A stretch of 64,000 nucleotides of DNA from Macrostomum hystrix (lineage: Eukaryota; Animalia; Platyhelminthes), in NCBI GenBank assembly GCA_950097015.1, contig CATNEN010000032.1, positions 1,736,001 to 1,800,000 on the forward strand. Direction: 5' to 3'. The position numbers were made by a program, and so were the translations under genes. The notes under the pieces were generated by a model. It did not search any database and was not told where the DNA came from. It saw nothing but the letters and a program-made list of their open reading frames with translations. This document shows, one piece after another, positions 13,008 through 24,900 of the stretch. Within the stretch, counting starts at the first letter, position 1; each line of letters starts with the position of its first letter.

Positions 13008-13760
13008 ATGGCTTTGATTAACTGGAAAAATCTTCCATGTTTCTCTTTGGATGAAGTCAGCCGCAGCGAATTTGAATTGGTTTCTGCGCTAAGCTCTAAG
13101 GATCACGATGAAGACGACGAACTACTGAACTTTGTCAACTTTCTCACGGATCCCCAGGCCAACTCGGACGGTTATGTTAGCGGAGTTGAATTACCGAATG
13201 CACCAGAAGCTGTCGCTGCCGATATTGGACAAGGTTGAGATTGATTCGTACCACTGTCAACCCATCCGTGATCAAATGATTCAGCAAGGTGAACGGTTCG
13301 TAAACTTTAGGAACCATGAATATACGCAAGCATACGATTGAAGAAGTGCAAGGTATGGCAGAGGAGAAGCTGAGAGAGTATCTCCGTTATTAATACTTTG
13401 GATTTAAAGAAGGCTGATGGGAGTCCGTATGCAACAGCCACGCTAGTGTCTCTTGTCTTACGCGTTACCTTTCCGACAGTTGTCACAGCATGAACGAGAT
13501 TATGGCTGTCACAGGACAACAAAGTGAAGCTACTGTGCGCCGTTACCTGTCGCGCAAGCGAGATTAAGCATTGAGAAAAGTTGCAACTGCTGTCAGTACC
13601 AGTCTTCACCGTGACGTGGTGAATGTGACAAGCCCACCAGTTGAGAATGAACCTACGTTGGAACCATGCAACAGTTTAGAAGGCGGGTCAATTGTTATCG
13701 CATCAACCGGCAGTGGTATAATTACAGTGGCCGTTTCTCTAACGCAGCACACTATAAATT
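13008..13760 (+). pseudogene. Decayed, internally deleted Crypton-like tyrosine recombinase remnant
   Basis: Frameshifted pieces EEKLREYLRY / LKKADGSPYATATLVSL (Crypton N-terminal rKxDGxxY motif) and HSMNEIMAVTGQQSEATVRRY (YR C-terminal IMxxTGHxS..Y box); multiple stops; central catalytic part missing. Confidence 0.55.
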
Positions 13761-14163
13761 AAAAGTGGCCGAAAAAGTGGCCCATATGTACAAAGTTGGA
13801 AATTCAACTCTTTACAAAAATATTTATGTGATAAATTCTGTCTTCTATGTACTTTATTAAGCACAAGGAAGCACATTTTGTGCCTTTGGATCTCTTAATT
13901 AAGTCATAATGTAAATAAACTTGGAATTTATTAAAGTAGTGGCCGGTTTGTTTTCAAAGTAAAATCGGGCATTTAAAAATTAGGTGAAGTCAAGATTATG
14001 ACCGATTGTTTATAATTAACAATTAAATATTAGCTTAAAAAATAATTATATTAAGCCAATATTTACATAACAAAACGAATCAAAAAAAATTATTTATGAT
14101 TATGATCTTTTTTTATTTACCTACTGTTTTCAAATTTATATTCTTTTTTTTTGTCTAATATGA

Positions 14164-14628
14164 ACTAAGTACTGAATTCACCGCCACTTGATTTCACCGC
14201 TTTTTGAAACAAACTTTTAACAACCAAAACTATATAAAATCGATTGCGCAAGTTAATTTAGAGATGCGCCTAAATTTCTAGCACTGCGCGTTCCGTCGGG
14301 GCTGCATAAGAGCGATTTTTTGTTTTATTTTAGGCGGTGAACCGGCGGTGAACTAGATAAATGTAAATTATTTTTTGCGCGTAATTGCGCATGAAAAGCG
14401 GTGTTGCATTTTAAGTTTACACGCCTTTGCGCGATCCTTTTAGCATCTCAGAGTCGTTTTATATGCCTTTGGCTTCATGAAATTGCCTGTTAAAGTATTT
14501 TATTTAAAACAAAGCTGGCGCGAATTCGAAATCAATACACATGCTCGCGGAAGTCAGATTGAATTGAAACATCGACTTATTGATTTATCTCGTATGTATG
14601 CCCTTAAAAGTAAAAAATACATTACAAA
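14164..14628 (+). repeat. Left terminal inverted repeat (465 bp), starts ACTAAGTACTGAATTCACCGCC
   Basis: No mismatch seen by eye against the right TIR; contains repeated TTCACCGC/GCGGTGAA motifs. Confidence 0.92.
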
Positions 14629-16859
14629 ATTGAAGTTACTAATTGGGTACACAGTGCTACACACAATGGCCCCCTCCCTGTGGGCGAAATTGAAGTTGAA
14701 AATTGAAATTGAAAACCAATAGTAAATAGTAAATGAATCCTAGGCTAGGCACCTTGGCCTAGTATTAATTCCTTAACAATAAACATATTAACAATATTGT
14801 TTCTTAATTGTTCATTTCTCGAATTCCTAGAAAAATATCTTTTATTAACTTATAAAAATATTACTATGCATCATTGAATGGTAGGGGCCTATATCTTGGG
14901 TTTCTAGGCCTAATTTTAAGGTTAGTAAGTACAAGTGTATGTTACAAATTATGGTCTAGTCATATTATAAAGTAGCGCCTAATCACTTTTTGCCTTATAT
15001 TGCCTTTCTTGTTTTAAAAAAAATACTGTCATCATTTCTATCTATAAACTTTTCATCTGTAAGTATTGGGCCAATTGTATTGAATAACCAGAGTTGGCTA
15101 TTTGATTAAAATACCTTCGTAGTTTATAAAATTATTTATAATCATTTAGGTCCATTCAGTCTTGGTAATACTTGCATATAACAAACATCAACATGATTTA
15201 CTAGGCCTACTATTACAACTTAACATTGGAAGTAACAATTTGATATAATTTTGTAGGCATCCTCAATTAGGCTTTAAAGTGCTGTCACAACACTATTATA
15301 GACATTTTGTCAATTGAGTTAAGTAGGCCTATTTCCATGTATAAATTTGTATTTATTTTGTGAAAAAAACTAAAAAACACAATTATACAATGTTTGTATG
15401 TTGCCTTGTGCAAACTATAAGAGCCAATACTCTTGAAATAATTGTTTATTATTTGTGAGTACTCACAAAAACCAATCCAAGGTTTCAGATGGCCAATAGC
15501 AGATAGCAAAGTGACCTAGGTTGGATTCAGTGCCATGATTGTGCCAGTGTTGCCTACAGTGTAATTGGCCAGCACCATTCCCACCTAGACATTGTGGACT
15601 GGTTTGGACATTTGCTATTCTGCGGATCACTTTAACCAGAGCTGATTGTGTCAACAGAACAACTATTTACCAAGCACATTGTAATTTACTTTTTTTTATA
15701 AATAATCCTAACTCCTATGTGAATCCCTTGTTGTTTTTTTCGGGGTTCATGTGGGGTATGCTGCTTTCGTTTCACCATAAGAATGCAAGTGCATGTGGTG
15801 TGTCATTTTCGCTAGTTTTTTAGTGCCCAAATGTGCCTGTAGGCTGTCATGGAAAGGTTGCTTGTTTACAATGCATGCCAAATATAAAAGCGCCCCCATA
15901 TGCATTTCAAAGTCAATTTTTCAACATTAACCTAACTGTGTTTCTCGCTTCAATAGCCACACTGCCGAACCTATTGTGTTGTTTGTCGTCCTGTCAAATT
16001 AAAAGGCATTTTAGACATTTAAAATATACTACACTTCTAGTGCTTTAGATTTATTCCTTTATTATTTTAGCATATATAGCAGATATAATAGAGTTGACTT
16101 GCTGTTTTTCCCGAATTGGTGTAAAATGCGACTATTAAGTAATCAAAAGCAAATCAATACGAGTATCAGCATTTCGTTCAGCATCAAAGAGTTCTTTTGT
16201 CGACTCCCATTCCAGGTTTAGCGCTCCTTAAAAAAGAAAACATACATTTAAAAAGGTCTCTCTGTCTTCACGTTTAAAGCAAAAAAACTCTATTTCAGCC
16301 GAACTTCTACTGGGTGCATATGCCCTACAGACCGAGTCAAGAGGGGGGCTCAATAATTTATTGTACTCGTACTTTTGCGTGGCTGCTAGAAACTAATTAA
16401 CATATCTTCACGATCTTTGTATAGTTAAACAGCGGGTTTGTAATTCTATCATTTGATGTAAGATCAAATTCATACAGCTGAACTGTCGGATCTCTATAAT
16501 GGTATAGAAATTGGGAGTCAACTGGTTAAACAATATAGAGTAAACTCCGACACCGTTAAAGCAGTTAAAGCATTGACTGGCTGGACAGCCTTTCATTGTA
16601 CTCCAGACTCAACGTGTTGAGTGTGGCTGTGTTTCAACCGCGTTCAGAAGTAATAGCGCATTTCGAGCGCTTAACTCGAAAGGTCACCATGAAGTTACAT
16701 TACTACGAGTAGAAATCACTAAGATTTTGGATGTGACCCAAGGAGTAGAAAGCTCAACGTTACTCCGATCGATCGGCATCCAAGTAATTTTCGGTGAAAA
16801 ATAAAAGCCAGCAGTAAAGACTTAAAACTTTATAAGCATAGTCAAATGATATTTGCTCC

Positions 16860-17150
16860 AAAAATGCCACAAAGTCTTTCTGCCAGCGCCGAACTCACTT
16901 CAAAGGCAGCATCGCAGCCGCTGCAGGATGGCCAGATGCCACAGAGCTCATTAATCACAGTTCTGGATCTGCTCCACAGAGGCAAACGTTAAACACGAGG
17001 GCTCTACTTCCCAGAATCGGGTGAATTGTGTGGTTGTGCCAGGACTGTTGTTGCTGCAAGCCAAATGAGCTTCATTTGCCGACGATGTCGCCTTAAAGCT
17101 GTCTCCACGGGCTGTCTTATGCCGCCCATTCCGCTAAACGCGCCGTCATG
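16860..17150 (-). pseudogene. Gypsy integrase remnant in left arm, inverted paralogue of 28110-28410
   Basis: DSPWRQL*GDIVG motif; nucleotide homology to the right-arm copy. Confidence 0.55.
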
Positions 17151-17199
17151 AGCGTGGAGATGGCCAGGGTGGTCCCTATCTACGTCTACCTATCAACGA

Positions 17200-18810
17200 G
17201 ATTGAAACTTTCGTATTTACACGCTTTCTGGATGCATGTGTTCGGCCCGAGGTAAGTAATTCTGTACCGCATAAAGGCAGGACAGATGCTGACGAAGTGC
17301 TTAGCGGTCTTCTTCGGGCGTGCGCGGGCCAGGGCCCATGGCACCTGGCATCAGATGATGCCCGCCTTCCCAAGCAGGGCCAGCACGGAAGCACAGCATT
17401 CAAAGACCGCAGCGGGCTCCGGGCAGGGGCCCCAGAGGCGGCAGCGGTGGGCGGTCAGGGCGGGGCAGGCGAGGAGCACGTGGGCCGCCGTCTCGTCGCC
17501 CTCGCCACAGAGTCGGCAGGTGGGGGCCACCGGGGCGCCAATCGCGGCCTGGAAGCCCCGGAGGGCATGGCAGCGGTCGGCGCGCAGCTGGCAGATCAGC
17601 CGCTCGTGCCGCCGCGAGAGGTCAGTCGGCGGAGGAGGCGGCAGGTGGCCCGAGGTGCAGGCGGCGTGCCAGGGCAGCGAGCTCATGCCCGCAGCGTCGG
17701 CGGCCGCCGCGCGGTACAGCTGGTGCGGTCCATCGGGATGTGGGCCTCAGCCTGCGGCAGCGCGGAGCCGCGCTTGGCAATGGCATCGACCGCCTCGTTG
17801 CCAGGGATGCCCGCGCGCGTGGCCCGGGACCCACTGCAGGTGGACAGCGACGCCTCCGGCTGCGAGGTGGGAGAGGCTGGCCCAGATGGCATCGGCAGTG
17901 GTGACGCCCGTCGAGCCGGGGCCGGATGGGACGCACAGTGCCGTGCAGCATTCGGGTCCCAGCTACCGTGAGCGTTGATGTCGCTCATCAGCAGCCAGTG
18001 CCCATCGGTGGGCCAGCCGTCGGTTTGCAGGGCCCCGTCGCGGTCGTCCGCGGCGGAGTGCTGGATAGGTGGGCGGTAGAGGTTGGCGAGGTGCAGCGGC
18101 TTGGACTTGTCCCTGAACAGGCGGATGGTCAGCTGCTCCAGGGCCGCGTTGACGGGGGTCCGCAGACCCGCCTCCACCTCTTCATGGGACAGGCCTTGCC
18201 TGACCAGTGTGAGAAGGCCGCCATGGTGACCGCCACCACCCCGGTGGACGACCCGGTCGCGGCGATGGACTGTGTAGCCGCGGAACTTCGGTGTGGACTC
18301 GGTGAGGTTGGACTCCTGCAGTAGGGCTATGTCTATCTTGTTCTCCTCCAGCAGCCGTTCGAGTACCGGTCGACGCGCCTGCAGCCCGTTGAGCTTCCAC
18401 TGCAGGACGCGGATATCGGCTTGTACCGCACCAGGGTTTGGCTCTACATCCCCCGACAACAGAAGCCGGCGGCGAGACCAGTCGCGGTTGGCCTGCCATC
18501 CACCCAAAAACCCGCCAGCGGGTGGGGGTTCGGACATCGAAGCGACATCCGGGGAGCCGGAGCATTTGGCACAGATCACGTCTGTGACACCCGTCCCCAC
18601 GTGAAGGGAGCTCCGTTTGACGGACGCGTGGCGGCGTCGGCGTGCTGATGGGACCGCGCCTTCGGCAGAGCGTGTACTGCACCCCACTCTCCCCGCGTCT
18701 GTTGCGGGTTGCGCCTGCGCGCTCCCTGCATCCGGCTTTTCTGCGCGTACGCCCCTACGGCTGCCCACCGATAGAAGCAGCGGATCGTGTCAGGCCAAGA
18801 GCAGGCAACG
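17200..18810 (-). mobile_element. Internally deleted, frameshifted non-LTR retrotransposon (Ingi/I-clade-like): 2A-like motif + APE endonuclease + RNase H, no RT
   Basis: LLLSGDVEPNPG, IALLQES, LANLYRPP, SDINAH (APE) joined directly to LQWVPGH/GIPGNEAVDAIAK (RNase H) and C-terminal CRLCGEGDETAAHVLLAC zinc knuckle. Confidence 0.8.
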
Positions 18811-19649
18811 CTCCGAGGCTTATTTATAAGTGTGCATACGTGTCCCATGTGATTCAGTGTCGCAGTGGATGCGACATAGTTATGAATTTTACGACTGCCT
18901 CAAACAGTATCTATTGCCGAAGCCCCTGTCTGGTTTTAGGAATAATATAAAAATAAGTAAAGCCATTGAAACTATTCGCGCAAGTTACATAAACTTTAAC
19001 GTAAACGATAGTAGAAACGGTAGGAATGTCTACCGTGTAAATGTACTTTTGTAAACAAATGCACACACGGGCATCTTTAATAAAGAACACACGCAAATTA
19101 TCTGTGTCACTGAGAATGTCTTATGCCTGCAGCTTTATTATCTGAATTTCAGGCGTTATACCAACAGTATAACAAAAACAAATGTTTAAGGCTAAGCCGG
19201 CAAGCAGCTGATTTTCGCAAGTGTGCAAAAAAGTATTAACGATAGCGTCTCCTCGCGGTGCCAGAGTTGACAAGACGACGGCCTCGAAATTCTGACCGAC
19301 AGATGGACACACGGGCTAAACCCGATTTTTGTCCAAAAAGTATCCGGCGGCTCAGGTGCGGCCACTAGCAACTGCACCTTCTGCCACTCAGCGCAGCTCA
19401 AGGCATTGTGGTGGTTGTGGCTATTCCGTGGGCTGGATCTCTACCTTGATCTCGCGCACAAAGCACAGGACACGCGGTGCACAGGACATGGCTGAGGTCA
19501 GTTTTTCGCAGGTGGCGTCGGGCTCGAGCGCCCGAGCCAGCAGCTGTTGGAGCGGCGGAGAATCGGCAAGAGACCGGTGCGGATCGAGCCAGGCGAGCAG
19601 GATAGCGTCGGCGCAGCTGCTAACGCCGATCTGTCGCTTGATTCGCGGT

Positions 19650-19930
19650 CGGTCGGAGGCGTCACAGGCCCTCACAGACCCTGTTCTTTGTCGCCTATTC
19701 AATGGCAAGAACGCCGCCTGGAGGCTCACCGGGCGCCGAGTTAGTTGCGCCGCATCCAGCAGTGGCCACAGGACGGTCACGGACAATGCGGCTCTTGAGA
19801 ATGTGTCCATCCGCCTGTTTGGGGACAAGACCAGGCCACTGCACTTGGCCAACCTGTATCGCTCGCCGGTCCGTCACTCCGCCACTGATGACCGCGACGG
19901 GAACCTTCACACCGATGGGTCTGCTGGCAC
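19650..19930 (+). pseudogene. Second, inverted, decayed copy of the same APE endonuclease
   Basis: AALENVSIRLFGDKTRPLHLANLYRSPVRHSATDDRDG is homologous to AALEQLTIRLFRDKSKPLHLANLYRPPIQHSAADDRDG. Confidence 0.75.
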
Positions 19931-20189
19931 TGACTGCTGGGAGACCTAAACACCCGCGGTAGCTGCAGGACCCCAGCACAGAGTCTGATCCCCTTAAGCG
20001 CGAGCTCGAAGATTGTCTGAGCGACCACGGCTGGAGGCACCTAATCACGATCGCGTCTTCCCCACGGTGCCAACCACAGGGCAACACCCTGCAGCCAAGA
20101 ATCGTGTACCTTCGGCGGCTTGTCCACCCGGTGCCCCGAATTCATCTCGTCCGTGTTTTTTGCTTCGGACAAAGCAATGCCACCCCTCA

Positions 20190-20780
20190 TCCGCATCCTC
20201 CTGCTAAGAGCTGGTCTCGAGCAAAATATTCTCAGCGTTACCTTATTGCTAGGGAAAGGCAAGCTCCAAGTCATCAACATCCCCCAGTTCCCAGTTCCAG
20301 CCCTCAGTTCCTGCCACACCAACCACACCTACCATACCTTTGACCTGCCGCAACTTTTCGGTGACACCTACGCCCAGTCTGGTCCTCGGCGACTTCAACG
20401 CCCATGACAGTCTCTGGCACTCTATTCTTGCCGACACCATCGGCAAGAGTAGAGTGCCATCGTGAAGCCATCGTTGAATCCATCATTAACACTGACCTTG
20501 GCATCCTTAATGCCGAGCCGGCCACCAGGCCTACACCTAGAGCAATACGCTGACGACATAACTGCACCCGGGGCCCAGTCGTGAATCTGATGCCCGTCTA
20601 AGTCCAAACGTACCTTGACGTGCTCGGTAGGTACCTGGACATCAAGCGCCTTCCACTCTCACCTGGAAAATCGATGCCACTCTCTTTATGCCTAGAGACA
20701 CATCCGTATGCTACCACCACCACCTGCACCGTGCTCGGCATACGCGAACGCATCACTAACGGGTGCCTACAAAACACCAG
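20190..20780 (+). pseudogene. Fragments of a different LINE (APE endonuclease plus RT C-terminal piece)
   Basis: LVLGDFNAHDSLWHS..IINTDLGILN (APE); QTYLDVLGRYLDIKRLPLSPGKS (RT end); frameshifts. Confidence 0.65.
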
Positions 20781-21039
20781 GGCCGAAGTTCAAAAGTTCG
20801 GGGCCGGACTGCTACCGATGACTCTTCCTGCAGCCAGACTCAGTGGCGACAATTTCAGAAAAACGTTTGCGCAGTGAGAGATGTGGCTCTACCAACTAGG
20901 AATTGGATCTAGGCCGCGACGGATAAGATTCCGAGCATTCACAGTACATTGGCGTGTGTGTTGTAGTAATAAAAATGTAAATGACTAACTACAGCAGAAA
21001 AAGACAACAGAAAGTAAACGACGAAGTAGAACTGAAAAA

Positions 21040-21290
21040 GACAACAAGAAAAACTGAGCCAGCAAAAAACTGAACGACGATGAAGAACAGAAAAAGAACA
21101 AAAAAACTGAGCCAACAAAAAACTGAACGACGATGAAGAACAGAAAAAGAACAAAAAAACTGAGCCAACAAAAAACTGAACGACGATGAAGAACAGAAAA
21201 AGAACAAAAAAACTGAGCCAACAAAAAACTGAACGACGATGAAGAACAGAAAAAGAACAAAAAAACTGAGCCAACAAAAAAATTAAACGA
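21040..21290. repeat. 53-bp A-rich tandem repeat, about 4-5 units
   Basis: CGACGATGAAG recurs at 21128, 21181 and 21234. Confidence 0.85.
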
Positions 21291-21906
21291 CAAAGTAGAA
21301 CAGACAACAGGAAAAAAACGAAGAATATGAAAGTCAAAAGAAAAGTAAAAACTGAAAAAACAGTAGGAGGCAAAACATCAGTTCGACGAGAATGAGTGCA
21401 CGCTCACATATTTTACGTCTAGCGGCGTAAACTAACATCGCCTTATGTTTCAAACTATACCCGCTGTTGAAAACAATTTCTGGATCTGAAGCAGCTTGGA
21501 CAGTGCCCCTTTGCTCGATCGACGTAACCACCTGGTCACATATCTCCAAATCTCGCAATACTTCGCTGTCCTCAGTGTGTTGTGGAATCAGCGAAGTCCC
21601 GCTGGGCTGCATAAGGTTTTTTATTTTTCCTTAGCTACGTTTCCCACTACTATCAGCAACATATTAATAATAAGGATAAACAGCGCGACGGGTCTCACTA
21701 ATCTTGCATGGATTAATCTATGCACAACCCAGAGTTGTTTTGTCCACGCTGCGTGCATGCTTGTGTAGACACATTTTTTACCGTCAATGACCATTGTCTT
21801 GCCTAGGTGACAAATTTATTGTTTATCCATTATTTACGTTATCATCTGGATATAGTAAAAGCGGCAGAAAAATTATCAATAGAAAATAGACTTCAAATGA
21901 TATCTT

Positions 21907-24900
21907 TTAGGCAGGTAAAAGTGGTGATTTGGAGAAGTAAACAGCACTGTGCGGGATTGCACCAATGGGGATGCGAGGATGATGGTTGTCGCGGTCGTCG
22001 TAGATTATTTCTCGCTTCTGCTGCTGATTTAAGTGGGGCAGTCGCAGCTGGTAGTGCTCGTTTGAAAAATATGTTATTCCAGCTAGAACGAATCGCGCCT
22101 CACCGATGTCGATTTCAGTTTTAAGATGGTCAGTGGTACCAACTACTGCTGGCCAAATTAGAATCAGCGGAATCGGCCGCCTAGGAGCCACAACCATAAC
22201 AGAATGACATGCTCCTTGCCCAGTGACATGAGGACATAGTTTCGGCTCGGGTCTCATAAATTCCGCCTCTATGACGTCTTCGATGCTGCGCTGCTCGACA
22301 TCTCTTTGAAAAGTCAATGCTTCTTTAGCATATTTAAACGCATCGAATTCTTTTCGGTGACCGTTAGAGCATTCCGCAAGTCGCGAAGAGCTCTGTAGTA
22401 GCGGCAGAATCATCAGTTCGATGACCTCACGCTCATCGCCATCAGTGTGGTCGACATGCACGGCATGTGAATTCAACAGGACGCATTTGCTTAGAAAGCT
22501 CAGCCTGTACTGTGATCCCAAAATTGCGTCAAGCAATACAGTCTGCGCCTCTTGCTGTGAGGTAGCTCCGACCAACCGAAGAATGCTTTGTCCAATTCTA
22601 ATGCTGCCGAATTGGACGCCAAATGCTTCCCTTGTGGCGAGATTCTGGCGTAAAAACAAAACAATCGCCATGACGATGTGGTTTACCGCGCACATACCAT
22701 TGAGGTACACGTCAATTGGCTCGTTGCATCCAGGCCAATGGTTGTAATTTTTGACAACAATTGTATTTGCGAGCAGAACACCAGGAAGATGCTGACGGGT
22801 GCGTTCATAATCAGTTCTGTCACTTTTGAAATATTTACCTGTCGGGAAATAGTTAGAACTCACGCAGTTCGACCGACTCTTGTTTTCCACGAAGCTTCGT
22901 GCAGCCTGGTTTGAGTCATCATCAAATGCGTTTCTAAGTGGTGTCAGGACAGATCTCGTCACGAAGCCTGTACTCAAATCCTCATTGGGTTCGGAGCCAC
23001 TACCTGTAGCTCGGTCAGTAGTACTAGAGTTGCTAACCTCGTGACCAGTGCCGACACCAGCGCCGCGTCCAGCGCCACGACCAGCGTCACGACCAGCGCC
23101 ACGACCAGCGCCGCGATCAGCGCCGCGACCAGCGCCGCGACCAGCGCCGCGACCAGCGCCGCGACCAGCGCCACGACCAGCGCCGCGACCAGCGCCGCGA
23201 CCAGCGCTGCGACCAGTGCCGCTACCAGCGCCGCGCCCAGCGCCGCGCCCAGCTCCGCGACCAGCTCTGCGACCAGCGCCGCGACCAGCGCCACTCACAG
23301 CGCCGCGACCAGTATCGCAACTAGTGCCTTGATAAATTCCGCAGTCAGCGCCACCACCAGTGCCGCAGTCAGCGCCACGACCAATGTTGCAGTCAGCTCC
23401 AGCACCAGGGCCGCAGTGAGTGCCGCGACCCGTCCCGCAAGCAGGATCCCGATCAGTGTCGGAGATAGTGCCTTGTTCAACGTCGGGGTCAGCGGTGCTG
23501 TGAGGACTATTAGTATGTAGGTGGGTAGCAGCCACAGAAATGGGGTCAGCTCTACAGTCAGAATTTTCATCAGCAATAAAATCCCGCTGCATAGACATTT
23601 GCTCGGCGTCAGATGCCAATGACGCATCCAAATCGACATCTCCAGCAGAGCGTAGCTCGGTATTTCCAGCAATAAGCCGATAGCGTAAACGCCCTCGAGT
23701 AAACTCCTCCAATAATGTTAAGACATCGATTAGGGTTCGCGATCTGCCTCCAAGTACATCCCTTCGAACTGTTCTGTGATACACTTCAACACTTCCTTCG
23801 GTGTTGCGGAAATCTACTACGTGGGACACTCTTCGAGTAAAATGGCGTTCTGCATTTTCCATCATACTACTGAATAGAGGAAAGAATGCATACAAGTCCA
23901 CAATTCTTTTCGCCAAGGCTTCATTCATGTACGCATTAACCATCACAACATCATTCATAGAAACTTGATGGCATGAGACAGTTGCTCTCTGCAATAATTC
24001 GCGTGCTTCGTGGTAAAAACGTGAGGAAGCACGAATTGTGGCCCTTGATTTCTCCTCATCACTGCTTTCGTCCGAACGCTCTAAGAGTACTGGATCCATT
24101 GAGTCGTCCACCTGTTGGTTGCGCACGGATTGAATGTATGGTAGCGCTTGCATGGCATCTCGTTCAAGAAGGATATGCAGTAGATTCTGCAGACTGACGC
24201 GCCCTTCCATGACTGTTGTGCTTGCGACGATTAGAGCAAAGCCTTGCAGGTACAGCACTCGGGCAGATGGCTGTGCAGACCTCACTTCCGGCCAATTACG
24301 AACTTCATTCATAATATGGCTACGACCAAGCATGATAGCGGTTCGTTCACGTGCCTGCTTCAACGTAGCACGTAGCCAAGATGGCACACCTGATTGTCCG
24401 TTATCGTCTTGCAGACCAACAAGGTAGCACCAATTTAGGTATTCTTCAATACTCAAACCGTTAAATACCTGCAATAAGGCATGCAAAGTAGGCCAATTGA
24501 AATCGGTCACTACCTTTGCCACTCTTAAAAGGCCGTAGCCAGGGACATCTTGTAGAGTTCGCCACCACTTAGCTGGAATGCTGGTAAGTTGAACTTTGTC
24601 ATGAAGGCACGACAGCACGTCTAACAAAGAAACCTGCAAGCATGATTGACCTTTTGAGGGTAGTACAAGAGCATAGTGGAACACTCTTTTAGGCAAACAG
24701 CCTGGCCAGCTACTTGTAGCAATTGATGCGCCAGTTGAGTCAATAGCTAGATTTATGGGAACTTTTGCTTTCTTCATCGCATAAAAGACGCCTGCCGTCA
24801 ACTCAGGGTGAGACAAGGCGATGACGAGAAGCGTTAAATTTCCTGAAAATTGCGTATACTGCACATACTTTGATAGCGTTTCTGAGTGTGCGATACGAAG

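Noticed and set aside
18720-18830. HDV-like ribozyme at the 5' end of the Ingi-like LINE
   Set aside because: A GCC-N7-GGC hairpin exists but no matching P1/P1.1 pairing could be built by eye
17286-18950. Plus-strand ORFs overlapping the LINE, and similar antisense ORFs over GC-rich exons elsewhere
   Set aside because: Shadow ORFs of GC-rich coding sequence on the opposite strand
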